Shown: piece after piece, positions 1-9,832 of the stretch | How positions within the stretch are numbered: the first letter of the stretch is position 1 | How the letters are laid out: each line of letters starts with the position of its first letter | NCBI GenBank assembly: GCA_964616425.1 | Contig: CAZTQY010000002.1 | Location: forward strand, 2,910 to 66,909 | Reading direction: 5' to 3' | DNA length: 64,000 nucleotides | From: an uncultured Candidatus Saccharibacteria bacterium | GTDB taxonomy: Bacteria > Patescibacteriota > Minisyncoccia > Phycocordibacterales > DATDWN01 | Notes under the pieces: model-generated | Seen by the model: the letters and a program-made list of their open reading frames with translations, nothing else | Told to the model about the DNA's origin: nothing | Databases searched by the model: none | Position numbers and translations under genes: made by a program

Positions 1-1637
1 TATCCTATAGATTTTCTATCCTCTATTTCGTCCCTATAAAAGTCCATCAAGTTTCCTTTTAGTGCGTAATCAAATATCGTAGTTTTTACTTGCCTAGTCT
101 GAACTAAAAACTGCTTATCGCTCACAGCTCTCATAGCCAAAAGTATATGAAATATTTTTTCATTTATCTGAAAGTCGGGGATTGAAAAATATGAATCTAG
201 AGACACAACAGCTGTATTTTCGATTTTATCGTTTAGGTATGTCAGCGCCATTTCAGTTCCTATCAATATACTGCCTGGAGACTGATAAAAGTTGTCGCGA
301 ACTGCAACAGCTTGCTTGTGGGTGCTGACATGATCTTTATCCATTATAAAAATTTTTATATTCGGAAATAGATTTGTTATTTCTTCTGCGACTCTTTCTA
401 CACCTATACCTAAAGGATTCAGTCTCCAACCACCACAGTTTACACAAAGTTTTTGTGCATCATCACGTTCTCCACAATGGTTACATACAAACAGATTTTT
501 TCCTTCACCTTTTGCATTTCGTTTCCCGTAGAGTACAGTCGGAGCACCACAATTTTTACATACAACTACAGTTCCACAGTCAGTACACACTGTTATAGGA
601 TAAAGCCCCTTTCTTGCACAAAACAAAAATGTTTTCTCATTATTTTCACTAGTATTTTGTATTAACTTTTTGAATTTTTCTCCAAATAGTGAAAACTCTT
701 TCTTTTTCATGTCTGCTGGCTCTCTCATACTAACTAGCTCACAGTTCGCAGTCGTTAAAGATCTAAATTTTAAAGGGGATAGTTCAGTATATTTTCCTTT
801 TTTTTCTTCCCATAATGTTTCAATTCGCAACAATGTGTCTCCGAGGACAAGTCTAATGTTCATTTCTTTTGCTAGAGATTCTGCAACATCACGTATATCT
901 ATATATGGCCTGGTCTGCATTTTATAAGCTCTTGAACTTTCTCGTTCCAATATGATTGAACCCAGATCTTTTCTGGGTAGTGACAAAAAAGAACCTGTAC
1001 CAATGATGAGTGTAGGATGATTCTCCTCATTGATATTTTTCCATGTCGAAATAAGTTCTTTTTTTGATAACCCTGAGTGAAGTATGTGGGTGTATTTTTC
1101 AATACCTTTTTCTAGAGTGTTTCTTGCATTCAACAAGTCCTCTGTTGTTGGTAGACAAAAGAATACACTTTTTCCTTTTGCAAATTCTTCTCTAATAAGA
1201 CTTCTGTATGTTGCATATCGTTCTTCGTCATCTGATTGAAGTAATCCGGTCTCGTAGAAACCACCTGTCTGTTTGATTTTTGTATCAATTGATAATTCAG
1301 AGCTGTTCTCTAGTATCGTTCCTGGTATTAGTGCTGAGAGTACACTACCAACACTGCCAGCGTTATAGTCTGCAATTTTTTGGCATGCTCGGATAAATTC
1401 ATCTGATAAAAACGATCTTGATTCAATACTGTCTATTTTCTTAATACTGTATGTAAGCGATTTTAATTCAGATTTAATTTCTGTCGCGATGCGGTTTTCT
1501 GTTACAAGCCCATATATGGTCTTTTTCCGAAGGGGAATAGATACAATAGATCCGACAGAGACATCCGCTTTTGTAAAATATGTCAGAGTATCTTTCGGGA
1601 TTCCTCTGCTGATTGGTATTACGGTTAGTATATTCAT
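1..1637 (-). CDS. priA: Primosomal protein N' (PriA), truncated at the window edge (C-terminus lies beyond position 1)
   Basis: Manual translation of the minus strand from the ATG near 1637 gives MNILTVIPISRGIPKDTLTYFTKADV... Downstream it gives the HSGL, IIGTGSFL, ESSRAYKMQTRPYIDIRDVA and CTDCG...CKNCG...CNHCG...CVNCGG (Cys4 zinc-finger) blocks typical of PriA. It is absent from the ORF track only because it runs off the window edge. Confidence 0.8.
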   Translation of the reverse strand, partial: MNILTVIPISRGIPKDTLTYFTKADVSVGSIVSIPLRKKTIYGLVTENRIATEIKSELKSLTYSIKKIDSIESRSFLSDEFIRACQKIADYNAGSVGSVLSALIPGTILENSSELSIDTKIKQTGGFYETGLLQSDDEERYATYRSLIREEFAKGKSVFFCLPTTEDLLNARNTLEKGIEKYTHILHSGLSKKELISTWKNINEENHPTLIIGTGSFLSLPRKDLGSIILERESSRAYKMQTRPYIDIRDVAESLAKEMNIRLVLGDTLLRIETLWEEKKGKYTELSPLKFRSLTTANCELVSMREPADMKKKEFSLFGEKFKKLIQNTSENNEKTFLFCARKGLYPITVCTDCGTVVVCKNCGAPTVLYGKRNAKGEGKNLFVCNHCGERDDAQKLCVNCGGWRLNPLGIGVERVAEEITNLFPNIKIFIMDKDHVSTHKQAVAVRDNFYQSPGSILIGTEMALTYLNDKIENTAVVSLDSYFSIPDFQINEKIFHILLAMRAVSDKQFLVQTRQVKTTIFDYALKGNLMDFYRDEIEDRKSIG

Positions 1638-1758
1638 GTGAATCACAACTGCTGCAAGCGAGCGGTCACGTGACCATTGCTCGGCTCCGCACAGTTACAG
1701 CGTTGTATGACCATTATATCAGAAACATACACAACAATTTTATCGTGCTAGAAAACGT

Positions 1759-2523
1759 CTAGATGATGATTTGCATCAAGTTTTCGCCATCTAAAACGTA
1801 TATAAAACTCGTGTCCATTTCGATGAAAGCAGGTCTAGTCCCTCTATATATTGGTAAGAAATTTTGAACTCCAGATGTATCAGTTTCTATTGCATAAATA
1901 CTGTTTGCTGTAGAGAATATAATCGCGTCATTCCTGTCTTTGTAAAAAGAAACACTTCGTATAGCTGTATCTGGTTCAATAACTTTTATTTGTTTTTCTC
2001 CATTGCTTATCATGACTCCGTTATCGTCTACCCATAGTTTATATTTCTCATCTGAAGAAATCTTCGGTTTATCTTGTGTTGGTAGTTGGTCGCGTGTTAT
2101 CTGATTTCGTATTTTCCAATATTCTGGATCACTTTGTGTGATTATTTGTCCTGAGGCATTTTGAGAAACAAAAAGTGGATTTAATATAATTTCTCCTTTT
2201 GATGGCATTACAAACTCCTTTGTCCATGGGAAGTATCCGTCACGACCAATTATTATGGAGTGGGCTTTTGGAGAAAGTTTTATTTTTACAGTTTCATTGT
2301 CTGTAGTAGTTTCTATTTTTTTTGAGTTGTCGATATAAATAGAAGTAAGTGGAAGAGGTACTTTAATTGTAAGATTTCCAGATTTACCCAAAGTAAGGTT
2401 GCTTGTAAATCTGTAACCATCAACATATAAATATATTCCTAAAATGACCACTACAGTTAGTATTGCAATCCAAAAATATTTGATTTTATTTGTTAATTTT
2501 TGCTCTTTTGCAATATTGTCCAT
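1759..2523 (-). CDS. Hypothetical membrane-anchored protein with an N-terminal TM helix
   Basis: 254-aa ORF in the track. A hydrophobic segment (FWIAILTVVVILGIYLY) follows a charged N-terminus. No recognisable motif. Confidence 0.4.
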   Translation of the reverse strand: MDNIAKEQKLTNKIKYFWIAILTVVVILGIYLYVDGYRFTSNLTLGKSGNLTIKVPLPLTSIYIDNSKKIETTTDNETVKIKLSPKAHSIIIGRDGYFPWTKEFVMPSKGEIILNPLFVSQNASGQIITQSDPEYWKIRNQITRDQLPTQDKPKISSDEKYKLWVDDNGVMISNGEKQIKVIEPDTAIRSVSFYKDRNDAIIFSTANSIYAIETDTSGVQNFLPIYRGTRPAFIEMDTSFIYVLDGENLMQIII

Positions 2524-2552
2524 ATCGGCTATTATAGTTGTACATTTAATTT

Positions 2553-3566
2553 ATGGCAATTTTCTCTAAAAAACTAGGAATAGATCTCGGGACAGCCAAT
2601 ATATTGGTTTTTGTTCCTGGTAGGGGGATTGTGCTAAATGAACCTTCAGTTGTCGCAGTTTCAGAAGAAGATAACCGAATAGTTGCTATCGGTCTTGAAG
2701 CCAAAGAAATGATAGGTAGAACTCCAGATAACATCATTGCGTATAGACCAATGAAAGACGGTGTTATTGCGGATTACCGAGTTACAGAAGCAATGCTCAG
2801 GTATTATATAGACAAAGCTCTTGGTAAATGGAATTTTGTAAAACCAGAGGTTTTAGTATCTGTGCCTGCTGGAGTTACTTCAACTGAAAGAAGAGCTGTA
2901 ATAGAGGCCGCCATTCGTGCAGGGGCAAAGAACGCTTATGTTGTAAAAGAGCCCATCTTGGCTGCTATAGGAGCTGGTATACCTATCCACGAGGCTATGG
3001 GTCACATGATAGTTGATATTGGTGGTGGTACTACAGATGTGGCAGTCATATCTTTGGGAGGAATCGTTTCTTCGACTTCGGTAAAATGCGCTGGTAACAA
3101 AATAGATTATGCTATTGCAGACTATATTAAAAAAACTTTTAATCTTGGTATTGGAGATAAAACTGCAGAAGATATAAAAATAAAAGTAGGATCAGCTATA
3201 CCTTTAGATGAAGAGCTTTCGATTGTTATAAAAGGCCGTGATTTTGTCACAGGACTTCCTCGAAGTGTGGAAATAAAAACTAATGAAATTGTAAAAGCGA
3301 TCAGCAAAGACTTGCGAGAGATGATAAAAGCTATAAAAGATGTGTTACAAGAAACTCCACCAGAACTATCATCAGATATTATTGATCAGGGAATTATAAT
3401 GACTGGGGGAACTTCTCAGCTCCGAAATTTTCCAGAACTTGTGTTCCGTCGAACAGGTGTAAAGGCTGTGTTAGCAAAAGATGCACTATATTGTGTAGTA
3501 AAGGGTACTGGAATAGCGCTGGAACATCTAGATATGTACAAAAAATCTGTAATTAGTAAGAGGTAG
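2553..3566 (+). CDS. mreB: Rod shape-determining actin-like protein MreB (paralog 1)
   Basis: GIDLGTAN phosphate-1 motif, DIGGGTTD motif and overall MreB length (337 aa). Confidence 0.9.
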   Translation: MAIFSKKLGIDLGTANILVFVPGRGIVLNEPSVVAVSEEDNRIVAIGLEAKEMIGRTPDNIIAYRPMKDGVIADYRVTEAMLRYYIDKALGKWNFVKPEVLVSVPAGVTSTERRAVIEAAIRAGAKNAYVVKEPILAAIGAGIPIHEAMGHMIVDIGGGTTDVAVISLGGIVSSTSVKCAGNKIDYAIADYIKKTFNLGIGDKTAEDIKIKVGSAIPLDEELSIVIKGRDFVTGLPRSVEIKTNEIVKAISKDLREMIKAIKDVLQETPPELSSDIIDQGIIMTGGTSQLRNFPELVFRRTGVKAVLAKDALYCVVKGTGIALEHLDMYKKSVISKR

Positions 3567-3618
3567 TCAGCTCGGGTCTTTTTGAGAGTTTGTGTTTAGA
3601 TTTTGATATAATAATAAA

Positions 3619-4287
3619 ATGCAAAGCTTGATTGACTCATACAAAAAGACAAATAATCTTCATCACGCGTATTTTCTGGTTGGAGACAAAAAGCATATTT
3701 TAAATTCCCTAATTTCTTTTATCGAAACTGAAGTTGGTTTTGAAACATCAGGCAATCCAGATTTTTGGTTAGGCGGTTTTGACAACTTGAGTATTGATGA
3801 TGCTAGAGCAATTTCTCAGAGTTCAGAGAGAAAAGACTTTTCAAATGGAAAAAAGATTTTTATAATTCAAACTGATTTTATAAGTCTTGAAGCGCAGAAC
3901 TCGTTACTCAAAGTTTTTGAAGAGCCTACAGAAGGTACTCATTTTTTTATTATTTCTCCGCAGGATATGCTTTTGCCGACATTGAGATCTAGAATGCAGA
4001 TAATTGAGTTTAAAAGTTTAAATACTGAAAAAGTAGAAAGTATTTTAAATATGAAACTAAAAGATAGATTGTTAAAAGTTAAAGAAATAACAGACGGTAT
4101 AAGTGACGAAGAGAAAACAAAACAAGATGCCATCAGACTTTTAAATAGTGTAGAAGAAGAACTGTATGGTTTGGGGGTGGAAAAATCACATTCTTCGCTA
4201 AGATTATGTGAAGAAACTCGTGCATCTCTGTATGATAGAGGGGCTCCAATTAAAATTATTCTAGAAAATTTACTTTTAAATGTATAA
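3619..4287 (+). CDS. holB: DNA polymerase III delta-prime subunit (clamp-loader HolB-like)
   Basis: N-terminal HHAYFLVGD (delta-prime HAYLF-type box without a full P-loop), followed by a SRCQ-like RSRMQII motif. Confidence 0.6.
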   Translation: MQSLIDSYKKTNNLHHAYFLVGDKKHILNSLISFIETEVGFETSGNPDFWLGGFDNLSIDDARAISQSSERKDFSNGKKIFIIQTDFISLEAQNSLLKVFEEPTEGTHFFIISPQDMLLPTLRSRMQIIEFKSLNTEKVESILNMKLKDRLLKVKEITDGISDEEKTKQDAIRLLNSVEEELYGLGVEKSHSSLRLCEETRASLYDRGAPIKIILENLLLNV

Positions 4288-4311
4288 AATTCTGGTATAA
4301 TCGCTATCTAT

Positions 4312-4863
4312 ATGGCATATAACACAGCACAATTTAAACAAAACCTTAAAGATGTCGAAGAGTGGCTAAAAAAAGAGTTCACTGGTATTAGAACTGGTCG
4401 AGCGAACCCATCTATTTTGGACGGAATAAAAGTCGAATCCTATGGAACAGAGTTACCGATTAACCAGGTGGCCAATATTTCAGTTGAAGACGCTCGTATG
4501 ATACGTATTACTCCTTGGGATATGTCTCAAGTCAAATCTATCGAAAAAGCTATTATGGTTTCTGACCTTGGACTTTCAGTTTCTATTGACGATAGAGGTT
4601 TAAGAGTTAACTTCCCAGAACTGACTTCTGATCGAAGATCTGCACTTATAAAAATTGCAAAACAGAAACTAGAAGATGCAAAAGTCACGATTCGAGCAGA
4701 GAGAGAAAAATCAATAAAGGAAATTGATTCTGCGGAAAAAGCAAAGGAAATTTCTGAAGATGAAAAATTTAGAATGAAAGCTGATCTTCAGAAAGTTTTG
4801 GATGATGCAAATAGAGAGTTGGATGCATTGTTTACAAAGAAAGAGAAAGAGATAACTGAGTAA
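4312..4863 (+). CDS. frr: Ribosome recycling factor
   Basis: 183 aa. GIRTGRANPSILD and charged C-terminal coiled region are typical of RRF. Confidence 0.9.
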   Translation: MAYNTAQFKQNLKDVEEWLKKEFTGIRTGRANPSILDGIKVESYGTELPINQVANISVEDARMIRITPWDMSQVKSIEKAIMVSDLGLSVSIDDRGLRVNFPELTSDRRSALIKIAKQKLEDAKVTIRAEREKSIKEIDSAEKAKEISEDEKFRMKADLQKVLDDANRELDALFTKKEKEITE

Positions 4864-4991
4864 CAGATTTTTTTCTCCTCATAACTTTTTTGAAGCACGC
4901 ATAATTTCTGGGCTAGAAATTTGCTCGCTCTCGGCTACCCGCCTGCGAGAGGCTCCAAAAAAGTTATGAGTCAACAAAATCTTACAAACAT

Positions 4992-6086
4992 ATGAGTATA
5001 ATAATATTTCTAATCATTTTAGCAGTTCTAATATTGGTCCATGAATTTGGACATTTTATTGTTGCAAAAAAATCTGGTATTCGTGTGGATGAGTTTGGAC
5101 TAGGATTTCCTCCTAAAATCGCTTCAAAACAGTGGGGAAGTACGCTTTATACGCTTAACGCTATTCCATTTGGTGGATTTGTGAAAATCTTCGGGGAAGA
5201 CTCTCACGGAGAAGTCTTGAGTGAAGATGACAGAAACGGAAGTTTTGTTTTTAAGCCTAAATGGATTCAAGCACTAGTTTTGGTTGCAGGAGTTACTTTT
5301 AATATTATTTTTGCTTGGCTACTGATTTCTTTTAGTTTTGCTATCGGGATTCCTTCATCTGTTGATTACCAAGGCGCTGGTACTGTAGTTGACCCACATC
5401 TTGTTGTAACTGAGGTAATGCAAGATTCTCCAGCCAAAGTCGCAGGATTAAAGACTGGGGACTATATAGTCTCTGTGGCTTCTTCAAACACATCTCTATC
5501 TGAACAAGAAATAAATGTGGAAAGTGTTCAAAATTTTATTTCGAGTTCAGATTCTATTTCAGTTTCATTTGTTCGTGGAAAAGATCCTGTAAAAACAGTA
5601 AATATTTTACCAAGTACAGATATTGTTCCAGGTAAAAAAGCTATAGGTATAGCGATGGATGAAATAGGTACACTAAAGCTTCCACTTCACCTTGCACTTT
5701 TAGAGGGAACAAAAGCAACATATTTTTTGACAGTAAATACAGCAAAAGGACTCATGACTTTTCTTTGGGGCGCTATTTTATTTAAATCTGACTTTTCTCA
5801 AGTTAGTGGTCCTATCGGTATAGCTGGTGTTGTTGGTGATGCAGCAAAGCTTGGGTTTACTTATCTTGTATCTTTGACTGCTTTGATATCAATAAACCTA
5901 GCGATAATAAACCTTCTTCCTTTTCCTGCGCTTGATGGGGGAAGGTTGTTGTTTGTTGCTATCGAGGCTATAAGACGAAAGCCAATTTCTCCGGTTTTTG
6001 TTAGAAATGCAAATTTTATTGGTTTTGCTTTCCTTTTGATTTTGATGTTTGTGGTTTCTGCGCATGACATTTTTAAACTGTTCTAG
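4992..6086 (+). CDS. rseP: RseP-type site-2 zinc metalloprotease with a PDZ domain
   Basis: N-terminal TM with HEFGHF (HExxH), an internal PDZ-like segment and a C-terminal LDGG motif. Confidence 0.85.
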   Translation: MSIIIFLIILAVLILVHEFGHFIVAKKSGIRVDEFGLGFPPKIASKQWGSTLYTLNAIPFGGFVKIFGEDSHGEVLSEDDRNGSFVFKPKWIQALVLVAGVTFNIIFAWLLISFSFAIGIPSSVDYQGAGTVVDPHLVVTEVMQDSPAKVAGLKTGDYIVSVASSNTSLSEQEINVESVQNFISSSDSISVSFVRGKDPVKTVNILPSTDIVPGKKAIGIAMDEIGTLKLPLHLALLEGTKATYFLTVNTAKGLMTFLWGAILFKSDFSQVSGPIGIAGVVGDAAKLGFTYLVSLTALISINLAIINLLPFPALDGGRLLFVAIEAIRRKPISPVFVRNANFIGFAFLLILMFVVSAHDIFKLF

Positions 6087-6121
6087 TTGATTTATTTTGA
6101 GGTAATGGTAGATTAATCTCT

Positions 6122-6250
6122 GGACGGAGCAGTTGACTTTCCTGGTAAGCGGTCCTAGAACTGATATCCCAGTGAGTCGAACAATTGCTCCGTCCGACGA
6201 ATTCATTTCTGACTTCGTTTCAAGGCCCACATCGATGAAGGGCCTTTTTT
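6122..6250 (+). promoter_or_regulatory. Structured leader (about 13-bp long-range stem enclosing about 50 nt) followed by an intrinsic terminator, immediately upstream of proS
   Basis: ggacggagcagttg (6122-6135) pairs with caattgctccgtcc (6183-6196). Then aaggccc...gggcctttttt (6222-6250), 34 nt before the proS ATG. Confidence 0.45.
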
Positions 6251-6283
6251 GACCCAGTTACTTTTTTAATATAGTATTTAGGC

Positions 6284-7531
6284 ATGCGACAATCACAACT
6301 TTTTACAAAGACAAGAAAAGAAATTCCAGCAGATGAAACAGCTAAAAATGCCCAGTTACTTATACGGGCTGGTTTTGTGCATAAAGAGTTGGCAGGAGTG
6401 TACTCATATTTACCATTAGGACTTAGAACATTAAATAAAATTGTCGAGGTTATACGACAAGAAATGAATGCAGTCGGTGGGCAGGAGTTGCTGATGTCTG
6501 CACTCCAAGACAAAGAACTTTGGACAAAAACCGATAGATGGGACGACAAAAATGTTGATAATTGGTTCAAAACAGAACTCAAGAGTGGTGGAGAGACAGG
6601 GCTAGGCATTACTCACGAGGAACCTTTGACTAGAATAATGAGTGGATATATTTCCTCATACAAAGATTTACCTGTTTTTGCGTATCAGTTTCAAAATAAA
6701 TTTCGAAATGAAATGAGAGCTAAGAGTGGTGTTATGAGAGGAAAAGAGTTTTTGATGAAGGATATGTATAGTTTTTCTCTAGATGAAAAAAGTCACGAAG
6801 AAGACTATAACAAAATACGAAGTGCATATACTCGTATTTTTGATCGATTAGGTATTGGGGATAAAACTTTTGTCACATTTGCTGATGGGGGTATTTTTTC
6901 AGATTTTTCAGAAGAATTTCAGACTATTACTGAGGCTGGAGAAGATGTTATATATATACATGAAGATAAAAAAATTGCACTAAATAAAGAGGTTTACAAT
7001 GACAAAACTATTGAAAAGCTTGGTTTGAATAAAAATGACTTAGTTGAAAAGAAAGCTGTTGAGGTAGGAAATATTTTCCATCTTGGAACTAGATTTTCAG
7101 ATGCTTTGGGATTAGATTACAAAGATGAGTCAGGGGCTGAGCACGCTGTTGTTATGGGAAGTTATGGAATAGGGCCTACTCGTCTTCTTGGAACTATTGT
7201 GGAGACTCTTGCTGATGATAAAGGAATGATATGGCCAAAAGAGATAGCCCCATTTTCTGTACACTTGATAAAACTTGGAAACACTGATAGTACACAGGCA
7301 TATGCTGATAGTCTCTATGCAAAATTGCAGAGTAATGGTATCGAAGTTCTCTATGATGATAGAGATCTCAGGCCAGGAGAAAAGTTCGCAGATTCAGATT
7401 TGATTGGTATTCCTGTGAGATTTGTTGTAAGTGACAAAACTGTTGCTGAGAATAAAATCGAAGTTAAGTATAGAAATACTTTAGAAGCACAGTTATTGTC
7501 AGAAGATGAAGCCTTGAAAATTTTGGTGTAG
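6284..7531 (+). CDS. proS: Prolyl-tRNA synthetase (short form, no large editing insertion)
   Basis: 415 aa with class II aaRS motifs and a C-terminal anticodon-binding region. Confidence 0.85.
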   Translation: MRQSQLFTKTRKEIPADETAKNAQLLIRAGFVHKELAGVYSYLPLGLRTLNKIVEVIRQEMNAVGGQELLMSALQDKELWTKTDRWDDKNVDNWFKTELKSGGETGLGITHEEPLTRIMSGYISSYKDLPVFAYQFQNKFRNEMRAKSGVMRGKEFLMKDMYSFSLDEKSHEEDYNKIRSAYTRIFDRLGIGDKTFVTFADGGIFSDFSEEFQTITEAGEDVIYIHEDKKIALNKEVYNDKTIEKLGLNKNDLVEKKAVEVGNIFHLGTRFSDALGLDYKDESGAEHAVVMGSYGIGPTRLLGTIVETLADDKGMIWPKEIAPFSVHLIKLGNTDSTQAYADSLYAKLQSNGIEVLYDDRDLRPGEKFADSDLIGIPVRFVVSDKTVAENKIEVKYRNTLEAQLLSEDEALKILV

Positions 7532-7712
7532 TCAAAGAGTCTTATTGACTCATGTCTCGAAAAAAGCCTTTCGCAAGAGTTTAGAAAATAAATGAGGTAT
7601 TCCGAATATTATTTTCTTGAACGATGAGAAGTTCGCTAGCTCACCAGAGCTAGATAGATTGCTTTTTGAGAGATTTGAGGAATAAAAGACTCTTTGTGCT
7701 AATATAGCAAAA

Positions 7713-8774
7713 ATGATTAAAAACTTTGAACAACTAAAACGACTGATTTCCAATGATATTGGTATAGATTTGGGTACTGCAAATACTCTAGTGTACCTTC
7801 ATGGAAAGGGTGTGGTAATAAATGAGCCTTCTGTTGTGGCAGTAAACCAGAAAACTGGTCGTGTTGTGGCCGTAGGAAAAGATGCAAAAAATATGTTAGG
7901 TAGAACTCCTGCTCATATAATAGCCGTACGGCCTCTAGTAGATGGAGTCATTTCTGACTTTGAAGTGACAGAAGAAATGATAACTTATCTTTTGAATAAG
8001 GCTCAGAAATCAAACAAGAAACTTTTGGGTCCAAGAGTTGTTGTAGGTGTTCCATCTGGAATAACAAACGTTGAAATACGCGCGGTTAGAGATGCAACAA
8101 AAAACGCTGGTGCTTCTGAAGTCTATATAGTTGAGGAACCAATGGCTGCAGCAATAGGTATGAGAATGCCTATACTTGAGCCAGTTGGAAATATGATTAT
8201 TGATATTGGTGGCGGAACAACAGATATCGCAGTGATATCTTTGGGTGGTGTTGTTCGATCAAAAAACCTTCGTGTAGCTGGAGACAAACTAAACAGCGAC
8301 ATAATGTCATATGTTCGTTCTGAATTTAAAATTTTGATAGGTGAGAAGACTGCAGAAAATATCAAAATATCAATCGGAGCTATTCTTCCAGGTGATGAAC
8401 CACTAGAGGCTTCGATAAGAGGCCGAGATTTGATATCTGGTTTGCCAAGAGAAGTGGTTATAACGGATTCAGACATTAGAGAAGCTATTAGTCAGTCTAT
8501 AAACACTCTGATAGAGGGTATTAAAGAAGTTCTTGAGACAACTCCACCAGAGGTTCTAGCTGATGTTATGCAAAGGGGGATATTTCTAGCTGGGGGAGGT
8601 GCACTAATAAAAGGCTTTGCTGAGCTTATAAATGAATATGTTAAAATACCAATCCATATAGCTCCTGATCCATTAACTGCAGTTGCCAGAGGTACTGGAA
8701 TAATATTAGAAAACATGGAAATGTATAAGGACGTTTTAATTACAAATAAAGATGAACTACCTCCTAAGAAGTAA
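7713..8774 (+). CDS. mreB: Rod shape-determining protein MreB (paralog 2), heads an mreBCD-mrdA operon
   Basis: GIDLGTAN and DIGGGTTD motifs. Overlaps the following mreC. Confidence 0.9.
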   Translation: MIKNFEQLKRLISNDIGIDLGTANTLVYLHGKGVVINEPSVVAVNQKTGRVVAVGKDAKNMLGRTPAHIIAVRPLVDGVISDFEVTEEMITYLLNKAQKSNKKLLGPRVVVGVPSGITNVEIRAVRDATKNAGASEVYIVEEPMAAAIGMRMPILEPVGNMIIDIGGGTTDIAVISLGGVVRSKNLRVAGDKLNSDIMSYVRSEFKILIGEKTAENIKISIGAILPGDEPLEASIRGRDLISGLPREVVITDSDIREAISQSINTLIEGIKEVLETTPPEVLADVMQRGIFLAGGGALIKGFAELINEYVKIPIHIAPDPLTAVARGTGIILENMEMYKDVLITNKDELPPKK

Positions 8775-9549
8775 ACCAAGAAACGAGATCAAAAAGAGGA
8801 TTATTTTGGTTATCGCCACTTTTTCAGTCCTTGTTTTAGTTGGGCTTATCTCGTCTAGTTTTTTGAGAAACTTTTTTTACACTATTTCTAGACCTGTTTG
8901 GGAGTCTGAAAATATAATAACTATTCCATTTAGGAGTATCGGAGGCTTTTTTAAATTCAAAAGTAATTTGGTACAGCAAAATCTAGAATTGCAGGATGAA
9001 TTGAATTCATTAAAGTTAAAAGAAATTGATTATGATATTTTATTAAAGGAGAATCAGGATTTAAAGAGTGATATTGGACGTGTAAGCGGTAAGAATCTTG
9101 TTTTCTCTAGAGTTTTGTCTAGACCTCCACGTTCACCATATGATACTTTTGTTATTGATATAGGTTCAACTTTGGGAGTCACACAGGCTAACAGAGTTTA
9201 CCTTTCTGATAATGTTATTATTGGTGTTGTTACCACAGTCACACCCAACACCTCTCTTGTTCAGCTTTTTTCAACTGGTGGTAATAAACAAGAAGCAATT
9301 TTATCGAGAACTGGAACATCTTTTGTTTTGACAGGGAAAGGAGGGGCTAACTTTCAGTTAGAAGTTCCAAAGGATGCTGACATTGCGTGGGGTGATATGT
9401 TTCTATATCCTGGCATAAATTCATCAATATTGGGTAGTGTGTATTATATTGACATTAACTCTCAAAGTTCGTTTAAAACCATATATATCAAGACTCCAGG
9501 TAACGTTTTTAGAACCAAGTCAGTATTTGTAGACACAAATGTAAAGTAA
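8752..9549 (+). CDS. mreC: Rod shape-determining protein MreC
   Basis: N-terminal TM, coiled-coil (LQDELNSLKLKE), C-terminal beta domain, position after mreB. Confidence 0.75.
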   Translation: MNYLLRSKPRNEIKKRIILVIATFSVLVLVGLISSSFLRNFFYTISRPVWESENIITIPFRSIGGFFKFKSNLVQQNLELQDELNSLKLKEIDYDILLKENQDLKSDIGRVSGKNLVFSRVLSRPPRSPYDTFVIDIGSTLGVTQANRVYLSDNVIIGVVTTVTPNTSLVQLFSTGGNKQEAILSRTGTSFVLTGKGGANFQLEVPKDADIAWGDMFLYPGINSSILGSVYYIDINSQSSFKTIYIKTPGNVFRTKSVFVDTNVK

Positions 9550-9573
9550 TATTGCCTTGTGTGATATTATATT

Positions 9574-9831
9574 TTGGTGAAAAGTATATATCAAAGAATA
9601 GGCTTATTTGTGCTTGTTTATCTGTCAGTTTTAACCCTACCGTGGTGGTTGTCGGTTTTGATATTGATCTCTCTGACAATTTATTTTCAAAACTATTTTG
9701 AAGTAATGTTTTTTGGATTTTTGATTGATATCTTGTATTCATACAAATATCCAATGCCATTTATGGGGCTTTTGATTTCGACAGTCTTTTTGATATTAGT
9801 TATTCTAATCAAAACACGAATCCGTACATAA
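9574..9831 (+). CDS. Small polytopic membrane protein, MreD-like by position
   Basis: 85 aa with three hydrophobic segments, sitting between mreC and PBP2. No sequence motif seen. Confidence 0.4.
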   Translation: MVKSIYQRIGLFVLVYLSVLTLPWWLSVLILISLTIYFQNYFEVMFFGFLIDILYSYKYPMPFMGLLISTVFLILVILIKTRIRT

Positions 9832-9832
9832 A

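Noticed and set aside
374-1102. Plus- and minus-strand ORFs of 67-85 aa listed in the track inside the priA region
   Set aside because: They are alternate-frame ORFs overlapping the well-supported minus-strand priA reading frame. They have low-complexity, Cys/His-rich translations.
1125-1145. Apparent -1 frameshift in priA (reading ...PTTE-T-C-stop, then continuing in another frame)
   Set aside because: My base-by-base reading gave a frame break near 1139 and an extra base near 1081. The supplied ORF track lists no closed 1131..1637 ORF, and its coordinates for the overlapping 899..1102 ORF are offset by one from my reading at exactly these points. The break is therefore most likely my transcription error, and priA is treated as intact.
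6140-6175. T-box consensus match (ctggtaagcggtcc versus GGUGGUACCGCGG)
   Set aside because: Only about 7 of 13 positions match, and no specifier loop was identified. Kept only as a weak possibility inside the proS-leader finding.
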